From NCBI GenBank assembly GCA_964016885.1, contig OZ024740.1:398846001-398910000 (forward strand): a stretch of DNA of 64,000 nucleotides. Reading direction: 5' to 3'. Shown here in pieces: positions 50,077 to 63,306 of the stretch. Made by a program: the position numbers and the translations under genes. Position 1 is the first letter of the stretch. Each line of letters starts with the position of its first letter. Origin of the DNA: Eledone cirrhosa (lineage: Eukaryota). The notes under the pieces are model-generated. The model was not told the DNA's origin, ran no database searches, and saw only the letters and a program-made list of their open reading frames with translations.

Positions 50077-53000
50077 CCAGTTAATAATAAACATTTCTTA
50101 TTTAGGTACTTGGCTAGAATTTAAGTTGGGAGGAGTAAGATGATAAATTCTACCCCAGTATTTGACTGATACCTTATTTTACCAACCCAGTACCACTGTA
50201 TTGAGTATGAAAAAGTAGACAAAATCGTTGTGTGTTGCCCCTCCACTTTAGACTAACTTTAAAATTTCAGAGGGCTTAGATGGTAAATTGTTAACATAAC
50301 AGATCTGTGATGTCTCTGTTGATTACTAACTGAATACATTGCTATCATTGAGAAAGCCATGAATCTTAACTTCCTCTACTCCCTCTTTTACGACTTTGGG
50401 TTTACTTTCTGATGTAAAAAATGCTGTAACAAATTGAATCTTATTATTCTGTATAAGACAGGGAATTGGCAGTTGTTAGACCATTGGATTATATGCTTTG
50501 TGATGTTTATTCCGACTTTTTGTGCTCCGAGTTCAACTGTTGCCTTTCAACTCTTGTCCACTTTCATCTTTTCAGGGTTGATAAAGGGCTAATTGAAGGC
50601 AGTGAATTGGCAGAGTTGTTAGAACATCGGATAAAGTACTTTGTCATATTCATTCTGGCTCTCTGCTCTCTGAGTTCAAGTCCTGCTGAAGTCAACTTTG
50701 CCTTTTATCCTTTCAAGGTTGATAAAAAAAAGTACCAGTCTAGTATTGGGGGTCGATTCTTCCTCTATATCTCTTTCTCACTTCCATTCTCTCACTCTCT
50801 CTATTCTTCTCTGGAAGAAATCTGCTGTACTCAGGCCTGGAGAGGGATGGGCTCCACCAGGCTTTAATAAGCCCAAGAGATGCAGTATGTCAATACGGCA
50901 TCCCTATGACTCCATTGGAAGTTGCCGGACCATACCATACCAAAGGGTTAATTCTTTCTTTATATCTTTTTCTAACTTTCTCTCGCTCTCACTTTCTCTT
51001 TCACTGGAAGAAATTGGCTGCCTTTGTACTTGGAGAAGGATGGGCTCCACTAAGTTTGAATACCCAAGAGACACCACTATGACTCAGTCAAGAGTTAAGG
51101 GCTCATGCATGCATATATAAAGTACCAGTCTAGGAGTGGTGGAGGGAAGGAATTGTTAATGTTGAACAAGATGCTTTTCAGTATCTGTTCCAGTTCTTTG
51201 GATTTTGAGTTCAAATTTGGCACTCTGTGCAAACATTGAAAATAATGGTAACATACCAAATTCACATTATTGCCAACACACTTAAATAGCACTATGAAAA
51301 TGGTATCATACTGCTGTGAGAGAAGCTATGCCCTGAAGAGGGTGTGCTACGAAGAAAATATTTCTAGTTCAGCATAGTTACGTCCCTTTATGGTCTGAGT
51401 TCAAATCTTGTTGAGGTTAACTTTGCCTTTCATCCTTACGGGGTCGATAAAATAAAGTACCAGTAATGTACTGGGTAATTGTGCCAAAAGTAGAAACAAT
51501 TATGCATGATATCTGACTGCAATAATTAATGATATAGTTGATATCTTACTGATAAATATTATATTATTAATAATGTATGTATCATATTCAGATTATAAGT
51601 GCCTATTAAACATTCTAATTTTTTTAAATATGAAACCAGCTCTATTAAATATTATTATAACTGATTTAAGAGTTGTGACTGGTAGACAGTATCAGCAATG
51701 GAAAGACCAACGGAAACATTGTTTCCTTGGTCTGATTTGACAAGGTCCACCTCACTCGGTAAGCAAATGAGGTCTGGGATCTTGTCGATCGATTCTTAAC
51801 TGATATAATTTATTGTTAACAAGATTATATTTTTCCAGACTATTAGCTTTCTCCTTACAAAGGAAACTTCTTTTTGTAATGTTATTTAACCTTATTTACC
51901 TTTATGGTATTCTGCAGATAATGGTCCAAATGAGACATTTTTTTCAAAATGTTACCTGGGAGGTTGATATAATTTTTAATTTTGTGCATATGCAATTCAC
52001 ATTCAAATTTTAACACAAATAGGGATAATGCATTTAGCTCCAGGTCAGCTCTGGTTGAGAAAACATGATCAAATGTGAGGAGTGACAAATTGGCAGAGTT
52101 GTCTAGAATGCCTTGTGGTATTTGTTCTGGGTCTCAAACTATGATGATGCCAACATTGCTTTTCATTTCTTTGGGTTTGATAAATAAGTACCAGTTATGT
52201 ATTGGGATCTATTACAAAAGACAGGAGTGTTCACATCGCAGTCCCTCCAATCCTTTCATCAACACTTTGAGAACATAACAAAAACAAAGAAATACCAAAG
52301 ACATTCCAATTCTGACCCTCCTGTCTTTTTTTTAATGTAAACTGTATTTTAAACTGCATTAACATTATTTCAAATAATATAAAACAAAATTAATTAAATT
52401 TAATATAATTTTTATGATAATGCAATTTAATAAGTATTATTTCAACATAATAAAAATCAAAATAATATAATTTAATGCAGTTTATGATAATAATGTTACT
52501 ATGTATAAGAACACAGAAGACATTTGTAAATGTTTATCTTCAAATTCAAATATCAACAATACAAATCAAAATTGATACAATTTATGATAATAATGCAATA
52601 TAGGATAATTCAGAATTACTATTGATATTTGCAACCATATTAAAAACACAGAACACTTGTAAAATGTTTTAGATTCTCTTTTCATATCTTCTTTAGTTTA
52701 TTTTGCTCTCAATGGAGCATTGGGTGATTTTTGTCAATCTCTAGCAATTTTTGATTAATGTGGGTTGCTAACCTCACATCCCATCACTCCTGCCTTCTCA
52801 ACACAGAAAACTAGGCTAGCATTTTGAAGTAAAGGGGTAGTTCCATAATCATTGATAGGGACCTACTCCAGGTACTGTCAGCTTGAGACAGCTAAACCTG
52901 GGACTCAAATCAGTTAACTCCGATTTCAAAGAAATATTAGATAATGTTATGTCTAGTATTGAAATAATGTTTCTTTAAATCGTTTCACTCTACTTATATA

Positions 53001-54689
53001 CTTTATATATGACTTGAAAAGTAGTTAGTTTATTCCAATTTGGTTTCTCAAATTATTTTTAGCTCTTTTCCAGAGGTATTCAATGGATTGTGTATTAATA
53101 CTGTCACATACAACACACACCAAACTGTAGCTTTCATTTATTTCAACAATTTTGTTTCATTCTGTTGAAAACATTCTCAACCAATTCGCAGCAAATGTCT
53201 TTGAAACTTGCACTTGCCAATAACTGTTTTGTCAAATATTTTCAACTTGAGCAAAATTAAAAAATTTGAATCAAACCATCAAGTAATATTTTTGAAAGTT
53301 TTCTGAATCTGACTCGAATAACATTTATTAAAACATCATCCTTATAGGCTGGACACAACTGACTTAAGGCTAAATGTTTTATCATGGTGTTGAAATTTGA
53401 ATATGAATTGTTCATATGAAAAATTGAAAGCTGAATTGGATTGTCAGATAATATTTTTGAAAATTTGCAATTTGCATTGTTGTCTCTAAGATAACCTATA
53501 TTTAGTTTAGAAATAAAGGTTCCAGGCTAAAATTATGTCTAGGCCTATTAAAAAAAAAACTAGATACTTGATAATGGTTGCAAATCGAATTGATCAAAAT
53601 GTAGTGTAGATATGTACTTAGTCTTAAACTGAATTTGATCTAGAACCTTTATTTTTAAACTAAATATAGGTATCTGAGAGATAACAGTCCAAATTGCAAA
53701 TATGTCAGTGATATTTTTAATATTTCTATATAATGTCTCAAATTTTTCACTGAGACTTTCTTCCAAATATGATTTGACGAGATTTGATGACCTCTTTATA
53801 ATTTCTTCTTGTGTAAATGACTGTAACAGAGGAAGGAATCCAAATATACCATTTATCTTTTAATAAGTTTTTTGGCATTTTGATAGGCTAGGAAGCTAGC
53901 TATTAATAACTAATTCTGATTTAGGTATAAAACCAACAATTTTGGGATAAGGGAAGTTGATTAAAGAGCATTACTGGTGCTTTATTTTATCGATCCTGTA
54001 AGGATGAAAGGCAAAGCTAACCTTGGCAGGGTTTGAACTCAGAACACAAAGGGCCATAACTCTATGCTGCAAAGCATAATGGCAAGAAATGTTTGGTTTT
54101 TAAACTTTTGAGAAGGGGTTTGAAATTCAACAAATTGATCATGAGTGCTGGAATCACTGAAGTCATCATGCTTATGATTTTGCTTGTGTTCTCTTTTTGT
54201 ATGGTTTTGATAATCTTCATACTCAAGTAGATTCTTGGTTTTTTTTTTCATGAATATCTGAAAAAGTATACTGCATACTTGAATTTATTGATAGAATGCA
54301 TGAGCTGTGTTAGTCACATTATGGCCAGAAGATTAAAAAAAATATCAAAACCCTCAAAAGCAATGGCCATTTGAAAATCCCGTAATACTTGATTCCTTGG
54401 ATGCAGTTGTGCCGAATGGTTAAGAAGTTTGCTTGGTAATCATGAGGTCTGGGGTTTGATCTTACTGCATGGCATCTTTATAAGCATTGTGAGTGAAATT
54501 GGGTAGATAGAGACTATGTGGAAGCCTATCAGCTGGATTGTACCCATAATTCAAGGGTCCAGCCGTATCATAATTTGCGTTGTTGATTCTGCTGGAGAAT
54601 TATACTAATTTTGGGGTCATTCCATTTTAATTTTCCCTTGACCCTCCATGGAAATGGGGGTGTACTCTCTCCATCATCTCTGCTGTGAA

Positions 54690-55295
54690 CCAGGACTTGT
54701 GAAGTCTTTCCTAGTACATTCCATGATGTTATCCACCATATATTTTCTTCTGATGTCTTTGCCTGCTTTCTCCCTGAAATGTTCTTTGGGAAATGGTCTT
54801 GGTCAATCCATCAAATCTTGTCACATGACTGTACCCTTTTATTTTTCTTTCCTTTACAATGGTTTGCATGTCTTTGTAGTTGTCCATATTTTGCCTGATT
54901 GCAGTGCAAATGCTTTCATTGCTTATGTGTTTAACCCTTAAGCATTTAAACCAGCCAGAATTCTCTCACCTCTTTCTGTTCAAACTGGCTGTAACCGACC
55001 GCTCATACTGACGTTAAGGTATTGTTCTCAAAACAAATAACATAAAAATCTCCTAGATTCGATATTATGTGAGATAATCATGTGAGGTAAAGCCTTAACC
55101 ATGAAAATACAATAGTAAATATAGAGTAATGTAAATGCTAATGAGTTAATGTAGGAAATGCTCATAATTTCTCTGTTGCATCTTATTTCAAATGTCAGTA
55201 TTTTTCTCTCTAATTCTGTTCTGAGTGTTCACATCTTGTAGGCATATACAATGATAGGAAATACTAGAACATGCATGAGTTTCAGTTTAGCTTTG
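54690..55295 (-). mobile_element. Decayed RTE LINE fragment interrupted by a MITE
   Basis: Minus-strand KLKLMHVLVFPIIVYA...FEIRC.. and GYSHVTR..LTKTI resemble the RTE C-terminus and continue on both sides of the MITE. Confidence 0.6.
54935..55145. mobile_element. piggyBac-like MITE, family P1
   Basis: TTAA|CCCTTAAGCATTT ... AAATGCTAATGAG|TTAA. Confidence 0.85.
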
Positions 55296-55398
55296 AAATA
55301 TTTTTATCTTGCCAAATACACACTTCACACTTTGCTTGACTCACACACTATATAAATCTGACTCTCTTTTGTTTACTTACACTTTCTTTTTTTACCAG

Positions 55399-55711
55399 GC
55401 GTGGGTCAACCGATGGATCGTACTACACAAAATAAGTGACCTGTCAGCTGGTAAGCTTCTGGCTAAACTCGATATCTTTTTGAATTCTGATCAAGCCTGT
55501 CTTCCTGACACCAAAATATCAACTATCCTGCTTGAGAATGTCACTGGTGTTGTTCATACTTCAAAATCAAAGACCCATTCACATGCTTTTGAGATAAAAA
55601 ATAAAGACATTTCGATCCTTTTCTTCTCAGCAACATCACCCTGTGAGACATATCTTTGGGTATGCCTTCTACGAGAAATCTTCTGTTTCCGGCCTTTGGA
55701 TGAAAATATCA
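55399..55711 (+). CDS. DOK-family adaptor, coding exon 2 (PH domain)
   Basis: ttttttaccag| acceptor; AWVNRWIVLHK...SKTHSHAFEI...LFFSATSPCETYLWVCLLREI has the PH C-terminal helix Trp; A|gtaagt donor, phase 1. Confidence 0.88.
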
Positions 55712-56914
55712 GTAAGTATTGAAATAGGAAGCTGCAATTATTTTTCTTTCATAAAAAAAAAAATATCATTAATTTATTTTACAAACAAGTGAAATAGTCA
55801 GATCACTACAATATTCTCAATACATGTGTTTCACTCACAAAGTTGGCTTAAAAACCATTGATAATCACATAAATATGAAAAAGAAAACAAAAAACAAAAT
55901 TAAGTAATGAGAAAAAGGGGAAGGGGTAAAGTAGGGCAGATTTGGCTGTATGGGAAAGTAGGGGAAAGGACTATAAATGCCATAAATGAGAGGAAAAGGA
56001 GGGAAAAACAAGGACTCTTGGATTACAAAAGAAAGGGAGAGGGTGATGGGCTCTGGGCCTAGGGTGTGGTGGTGTTTGGGCTGCCCTCACAGACAAAACT
56101 GAAATATTGTTTATAATCATTATAAAGGTGTTCAGGTTGATTGAGGTTGATACTGCTCATTTGTACTGTAGTCTTCATATTCTGATAGGAATCTATAAAA
56201 TAAAAATGTCTCAACAACGTAAATTATCAATCATATTTGCTGGTTCTACCTTATCCCACCTAGTTTCATGTGATATCTATTCATATCTAAATAGCTTGAT
56301 CTATTGATAGTTAAGATAAGCAGCTTTCCTGTGCAGGAAGCAAGCTGTGATGGAGCTTATTCCAGCTTGAAAAGTGTTAAATTGTTGTAAGGCATCTCTT
56401 ACTTTGAAAAGGAATGATAGCTTATTGAGTATTTCTTTATGGTGGAATTTGAATTTAGCCCTGCATATCCACAAAACACTTATTGGTTATAGTGTCAGTA
56501 TAGTCAATAATGGTGAGCTTTTTTTACTGCTAGGTAGTTTGGATAATAAGCAGTTAATATCTATGTTGGTAGCACAATTCGCCACAAATACTGGGATTTA
56601 AACAATCTGCACTTTAACTGATAGATCAATAACCAATGGGTCTTTTTAATCAGTTACATGTTAGAACTAAAAAGTCACCTTCTATATGGTCATTTGATTA
56701 GCTAGAAATAACAGCCAAACATCTTTCAAATCTCACCCTACCATCTTAAGAAGAAAAAAAAAGGATACATTGGATAATATAATTCTAGAAATACTAGATC
56801 TGAAAATAAGATGGGGATAATCATGGTTGGAATACCTTTAGCCATTGGTCCACTCAAACAGGACTGATTGGGAGCTAAACATCTGAATATTAGTTTGAAG
56901 TTTATTTATAGGTC

Positions 56915-57410
56915 TAATAATAATGAAATTATTGTGTACAATGCTCAGGTGCACTACAACTCATCAAAGGTGCATGTATAGTACATAGAATAATATACAA
57001 ATGTCAGGGAAGTGAATAGTGTATGAGTCATGATATACATGTGTGCGTGTGTATGGAGGGGGAATATTAGGTGTAGTGTTGGCGAATCTCAGGAAGCATT
57101 GAGGTTTTAAAGGATGCAGTGTCTTGACAGCTAATAACTGATGCAGGTAGTTGTTTCATGCTTCAGCAACTCTGAGCGTGAAAAGATGTTTCTGAAAGTC
57201 ACGGGAGCTGGCATGCCCACGTTTCCAGGTACTCAGGGCTGTTTTTGGCAAGATGGTTAATAATTTTGTGGGTGTTTACCAAGTCAGTTGCCAGACGTCG
57301 GAGCTTCAATGTATCCATGCCCAGGGAAGCAAGGTGTTCAGAGTATGGTAGATGCCTGATGGAGAGTATTCACTTGGTTGCACATCTCTGAACAGTTTTC
57401 AGGCGGTCAA
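56915..57410 (-). mobile_element. CR1/L2-type LINE 3' fragment
   Basis: Reverse complement of 28575-29012. Confidence 0.85.
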
Positions 57411-58235
57411 TAAGAAAATATCTCAAACAAAATATTGTAAAACCCCCAAATTGTGACCTTCTTATCTCTTGCCTCACACTTCCTAAAACCTTCACAATAT
57501 TTTATTAGTGTATTAATTTATTTATTTCAGATTGAACAATTTATTCAATATATATATTTTAATTTCTGACTCATTGAATCCTTGAACCTTTTACCTTGAT
57601 CGTCTTATCTCTGCTCTTGCAATATAGATAAACTAATTAACTTGGTACTGTGTTGTGACTAGTATAGATATTGTTGATGAGGGTGGTAGTGTAGTAACAG
57701 TTGTGTTGTTGTTATTGATATCATTGGTAGTGGCGGTAGTGGAGAAAGGTTTCATTATTGTAATTGAGATGTGCTGTGGGTACAGTTCTTGTTGTTCATT
57801 GTTAATTTGTTGTTGATATTGCTTTTCCTAATGATGTAGTTGTCATTGTTGTTATGATTACCTTGAAATATATGGAAAGAAGATAAGGGAATATTGAGGC
57901 ATGATCACATTGTGATATATAAATATTTCTAATCTATGTTTTGTAATTTGGTAATGTATATTGTATATTGTAGTGTTCTTGTTTAGCTCATGAGTAGATA
58001 TATTATCAAAGGCACTCCATCTGTGACATTCACATTTTTTCAGGCATCGCATATTTAGAACTACATTATCCTATATTTTCCTACTTTTTGAAGAGGGTAG
58101 GATGTAATTTGAGGGAGATTTGATTGCTATTTCTGGCATATCGCATGCTCATGTAGAAGCTCCCTCATTGGCTTGTGCATTATTTTACACCAATATGGAA
58201 TAATACAGTGTAATAGTTGGAGTGTCCCAAAATTT

Positions 58236-58546
58236 TCATGTGGTTCTTAATTTTTTTCTATCATGCCACCCCTTGAGATTTTGAAATCCCAACCCACACC
58301 CTTAGGCCTAGCACATAAGACAAAAGAACTAGAATTTTCAGGTCAAATTATCAGCTACTTAGCTGCTACTATTTAATTAATTAACTACTATGATTAATAA
58401 ATACTAATTTTTGAAAATAACAGAAGATATCCAATCAAAATATTTTAATCTTTAATATGACTTCTGTTCTTTTTTCTTCTCTACATCCCCAAGAACTGAT
58501 TCTTGCTCCTCTTGGGAGTGCCAGCATCCCAGTTTAAGAACTACTG
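58236..58546. mobile_element. hAT-like MITE remnant
   Basis: Imperfect termini GTGGTTCTTAA / TTAAGAACTACTG. Confidence 0.35.
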
Positions 58547-59529
58547 CTTTAAATCAGTAGTTTAGGTCCCAAGACCACAATTCACTTCAATCATCAATAT
58601 TAACTATCATTTAATACTCTTGCAGGAGTTTAGTTTTTCCATTTAACACATCAAGAACATTGTTAGGTTAATGTTGATGCTGTTGTGTGAACAACAGCCA
58701 AATCTCCTTCAAATTTGACCATGTAGACACTTGTTATATTAGTGGTGCTGTTGTTATTGATTAGTCCAAGGTCAGCCCTGATCAAGCAACTTATGATCAA
58801 AGACATTCTAGTTGTGACTATTTCATTTTTTATTCTATCCTGTTCCAAATTTAGACATAAGCTATCACCTAGGTCCTTACAATCTGTAGTACCTCAAAAT
58901 AATTAAAAGAAATGTTTCAACTTTTGTGAGATCTTCTGGTGTAAAGTTTTAACAAGGAACCTCCAAGCTTTATATAGCTTTGGGCCTCATCAAATTTATA
59001 TACAGCACAATAAGTTAGACAGTGTAGAATTGAGGGAGAAAACACACCTAGTCCATTCTGTAAAGTGATAGTACTGGTGCTATGATAAAAAACACCCAGT
59101 CCACCCTGTAAAACTATCCCAGTAAATGCTGTAAAATGGTTGGCATTAGGAAAGGCATCAAGCCATAGAAACTAAACCAAAAATGGGATGTATGACTAAT
59201 CTAGCTTCCATGCAAGCATGGAAAATGGACGTTAAATAGTGATGATGATGATGATGATGAATGAAGGGAGGGCCCTTTTGAAGATACTAGGCTGAATTTT
59301 GTGGGAGATTTGGCTGCTATTTCTAGTAGGTTAACCTAGACCAAATAAACAGTTTGCTATAGTTGGAAATCTTGTAGTTAGTTGTTGGGTTTTAGTGTTA
59401 TTAGAGGTGGTAGTTGTTGGGGTAGAGTGAGCTACTAGTGAGTAATATTCACATGTTATTAATTCCTAGTTGAAACTATTTCTCTTCACATGTTATACTC
59501 TTTATTTTTATATAGATTTGATATTATTT

Positions 59530-60915
59530 TTCTCATATATGAAATTATTATTTCTTCTCCCATGTGGAGAAATGCATGGAGATGATCAGCAAGAGCAATG
59601 TGGAATTCCGAAGAGTTGACACTGAGGAACTGGGCCTCCTCCTCCTCAGACTTACTTGTGACAGGGAATATCTAGATAAGTACAACCTTAGCTGTGTCTG
59701 TAAAAGGTAGACCTCCCACCATCACCTCAATGGCTAAGAAGACCCCATGAAAAGATGGAGCGAGTGGACTAGAGCTGTATAAACCCCTGGAAACCAAGAC
59801 CGGGTGAGAAAAATGATTGCACATGTGGTGGGAGCAACTATTAAAACTACTCTAAAGAGTCATGTGGCTGATCTGTTCATGGTGTGGTAGAACAGGAGAT
59901 TCGAGGAATGCTTAATTGAAAACTCCATAGCCATAACCATGTACTCTGGCTATGTTGACAATATCAATATAGTGGTTAAAACTACCCCACAGGAGAGTAA
60001 TCATGAACCAGAGCTAGAAGCTAGCACCATGGGGAACATCCAGAAAATAGCTAACTCCATCCACCAGAGCATTAACGTACCCTAACCGTAGATTACCCAT
60101 GTCAGACACTGAACTTTGGATGGAAACTAAGAATGGGAAACCCCAAATACTCGATTCATATTATAACAAAACCATGGCCCTCATGTACTTGGTCCTCAGA
60201 AAAACTGCGAAACTAGAATGTAGTCTATATACAGAGGGACAATGCAAAAACAAGATAACATATATAGGAGAAACAGCCCATAGCACAGGAGAGAGAGTAA
60301 AGGAACACTGGTGAGACCTTAGGGAGAAGAAAAGCTCATCAGTACTATACCAATATGCCAAACTAGAACATGGGGACTCAATAGATAACATAGAAATAAA
60401 GATCCTATCCACACATAGAACTGACACAACACTCAGACAAATTACAGAGGCAACTCACATAATAGAAAATAGACCTAACCCGAACAGAAAACACGAGTGG
60501 AATAGTAATGGCCGAGAACTTAATGACTGAAGACAGAATCAGAAAAGAGAGAGAAGAAAAAGACAAAAGACAAAAAATAAGACATAAACAGCTGATGATA
60601 AAAAACCCTCACACATTTAAAACACACATAGACATGACAAACACATACACACACACACACAGACGAAAGTGCAGGTGCAAACGCATGCACAAACATGACA
60701 CACGAAAAATGCACCACAAAACGAAATAACGACATAACGACAAAAGGAAATAGAAATGTAAGACCAGAAAAAGAAGATGCAAAAAAAAATCGATAGTTAT
60801 TGAGGAAGTCACAGATTGGTGTGACGAAAGAGCTTTGACAGAAGAATAAAGATAAAGTGAAAGTTATATGGTGCATGTGTTCAATTGACAAAATGACCAT
60901 CCCGGAATATAACAA
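59530..60915 (+). mobile_element. Penelope-like element, decayed (RT remnants, GIY-YIG endonuclease, pseudo-LTR)
   Basis: GYVDNI at ~59950 (degenerate RYVDD), C..YIGETAHSTGERVKEH and RQITEA GIY-YIG motifs, and a hammerhead-like core at 60796-60839. Confidence 0.8.
60796..60839 (+). ncRNA. Decayed minimal type I hammerhead ribozyme
   Basis: gtta-(T)TGAGGA-A-GTCACA gattgg TGTGAC-GAAA-gagc-TT-tgac: perfect stem II, but core C3 is mutated to T. Confidence 0.55.
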
Positions 60916-60921
60916 TATATA

Positions 60922-62010
60922 TATAAAAGATGTAGTGGGATCACAGGTAAGCTAACTAAGAACATAGACTTTACATGTGGCCGGTGTTCTGGTGCAATAA
61001 GTAGCAGCAAGTGCCCACAAAATACTAGCTCTTTCAATTGCGCAGAGGGTTCTATAGAAATAGTGGACAGCTTCCGTTACCTGGGCGATAAAATCAGCAG
61101 TGGGGGAGGGTGCTCTGAAAGTACTGTAGCTAGAGTCAGAACTGGTTGGAAAAAGTTCAGAGAGCTTATACCACTATTAGCTGCTAAAGGGTTCTCCCTA
61201 AAAATGAAAGGCAGGTTGTACGATGCCTGCATACGAACAGCAATGTTGCATGGTAGTGAGACCTGGGCATTGTGTGCAGAGGATATACGCAGACTAGAGA
61301 GGAACGAAGCTTGCATGCTCCGCTGGATGTGTAACAGTAATATACGTGAACGGCAAAGCATAAACGAACTAAGGAAAAAATTAGAGATAAGAGGGATCAG
61401 ATGTTGTTTACTCGAGAGAAGGCTGCGTTGGTATGGACACGTGATGCGCATGAAAGTCGATAGCTGTATTACAAAGTGCAGGGCAATAAAGATAGACGGT
61501 AGCCACGGAATAGGCAGACCTAGAAAAACATGGGATGAGCTGATAAACTCCGACCTCACACACTTACACCTCTCCAAGACAATGTCACTGGACCGTGACC
61601 TTTGGCGGTACTCAGTAACAGAGAAGACCCGCCTTGCCAGTAGGCATCTCTAACAAAATACACCCCGTCCCGCCACCACCCCCACCCCATCCACACCACC
61701 CCGTTCTATGTAAAGTTATGTTGGTGCCGCGCCATCCAGGCCGAAACAAATGAGATCGTGTAGGTGTCACGACAAAAAAACACACAGTCCACGCTGTAAT
61801 GTGGCCGTGAAGGCAACACGGTAAAAACCTCCCAGACCCACACTGTAAATGTGGTTGGTGTTAGGAAGGGCATCCAACTGTAGAAAACCTGCCAGACAGT
61901 CCTATGCGAGCAAGACAATCACTCTTGCCTCAAGTGGGACTACCCCCGTCCAAACCCATGCAAGCGTGGAACACGGACGTTAAACGTTGATGATGATGAT
62001 GATGATGATG
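60922..62010 (+). mobile_element. 5'-truncated RTE LINE with an intact C-terminal frame, 3' UTR and (GAT)n tail
   Basis: Open 196-aa frame 61063-61653 (DSFRYLG..MLHGSETW..RRLRWYGHVMR..GRPRKTW) preceded by KRCSG..CGRC; sits between TA repeats. Confidence 0.9.
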
Positions 62011-62042
<32 letters not shown>

Positions 62043-62043
<1 letters not shown>

Positions 62044-62222
62044 ATAATAGTTTCTACTTTTTGGCACAAGGCCAGCAATTATCCCAGTAATGTACTGGTA
62101 CCTTATTTTATCGACCCCGTAAGGATGAAAGGCAAAGTTAACCTCAGCGGGATTTGAACTCAGACCATAAAGCGACGTAACTCTTTGCTGCAAAGCATGG
62201 CGTCCGGCCCTCTACCGATACT
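62043..62222 (-). mobile_element. SINE S1
   Basis: Reverse complement of S1. Confidence 0.88.
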
Positions 62223-62223
62223 A

Positions 62224-62544
62224 TATAATAATAGCATTAATTAAGATGCTGATGTTACATAAATTGTTTATTCATTATAATTATTTCAATGGTTCTCCCA
62301 TGCAATTCAAGATGTGGTTCATGCATTTGTTGCTGTTATGAGACATATATCTGCTGGACGCACGAGCAGAAGGATGTGTGTTTTTTTCCTGCCGGCAGCA
62401 TCTGAATTTCATCTGAGGATACCATTCTCATAACAGCAACAAATACATGGATTACATCTTGATTGCATGGGAGAACCGTTGAAATAATTATAATGAATAA
62501 ATGATTTATGTAACATCAGCATTTTTATTAATATTATTATTATA
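62224..62544. mobile_element. Fold-back MITE with ~120-bp inverted arms
   Basis: ATGCTGATGTTACATAAAT..TTGTTGCTGTTATGAGA (to 62343) is the near-perfect reverse complement of TCTCATAACAGCAACAAA..ATTTATGTAACATCAGCAT (from 62425); TA-rich ends. Confidence 0.8.
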
Positions 62545-62754
62545 CTGAATCTCCATTGTAACTACAAACTACGAGTGTTGAGAGCTTTCTCCTGCTTGCT
62601 CCTGTTTTTACCAAAACAATCTCTTCAGAATATACATACACACACACATATATATATATACAATGATAAACTTAGGAAAATTAACAAAGGGAGGACAAGA
62701 CAACGAAGAAAACTAGGCAATATATAAATATATATATATATTTATTAAAATATA

Positions 62755-63088
62755 GGAGGCACATGGCTTAGTGGTTAGAGCATTGGCTTTGCAATCGAAA
62801 GGTTGTGAGTTCAATTCTCAGACCGGGTGATGTGTTGTTTCCTTGAGCAAGACACTTTATTTCACATTGCTCCAGTTTACTCTGCTGTAGAAATGAGATG
62901 ATAGGGACTGCAGTCCCTATCATTCCACTGCAAAGTGGTCGTGGAGGTGCCACGGCAAAAAAGCACCCAGCACTCACTGTAAATGAGGTTGGTGTTAGGA
63001 AGGGCATCCAGCTGTAGAAATCAAGCCAGAATCAGTTCCCGTCCCACCCTTGCAAGCAGGGAAAAAGTGGACGTAAAATGAAATGATA
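62755..63088 (+). mobile_element. Full-length tRNA-headed SINE with an RTE-derived tail, family S2
   Basis: A box TGGCTTAGTGG, B box GAGTTCAATTC, central CCTTGAGCAAGACACTTT block, then the RTE 3' UTR motifs. Confidence 0.8.
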
Positions 63089-63306
63089 TATTTATTAAAA
63101 TAACAGATTAAATAACAGCAAAGAATCGCTGCTTTCACCCTTAACGGGATCTTCTGAAACTAAAAAAATTAATCCATTGAAATGTTTGTTCTATGGTTCT
63201 TATATATTTGATATATATTTATCCTTATCAAGCCCTCTTTGGATTTTAGTCTTCACATTTATTATTATTACTATATATATTTAGTTTTATTTCAAATCTC
63301 TTTCAG

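Noticed and set aside
62755-62830. tRNA-like sequence
   Set aside because: A and B boxes are present but the acceptor stem is poor and it runs straight into a SINE body, so it is a SINE head and not a tRNA gene.
63121-63170. Minus-strand hammerhead-like motif (CAGAAGA..CCC/GGG..GAAA)
   Set aside because: Core mismatch and no convincing stems I or III.
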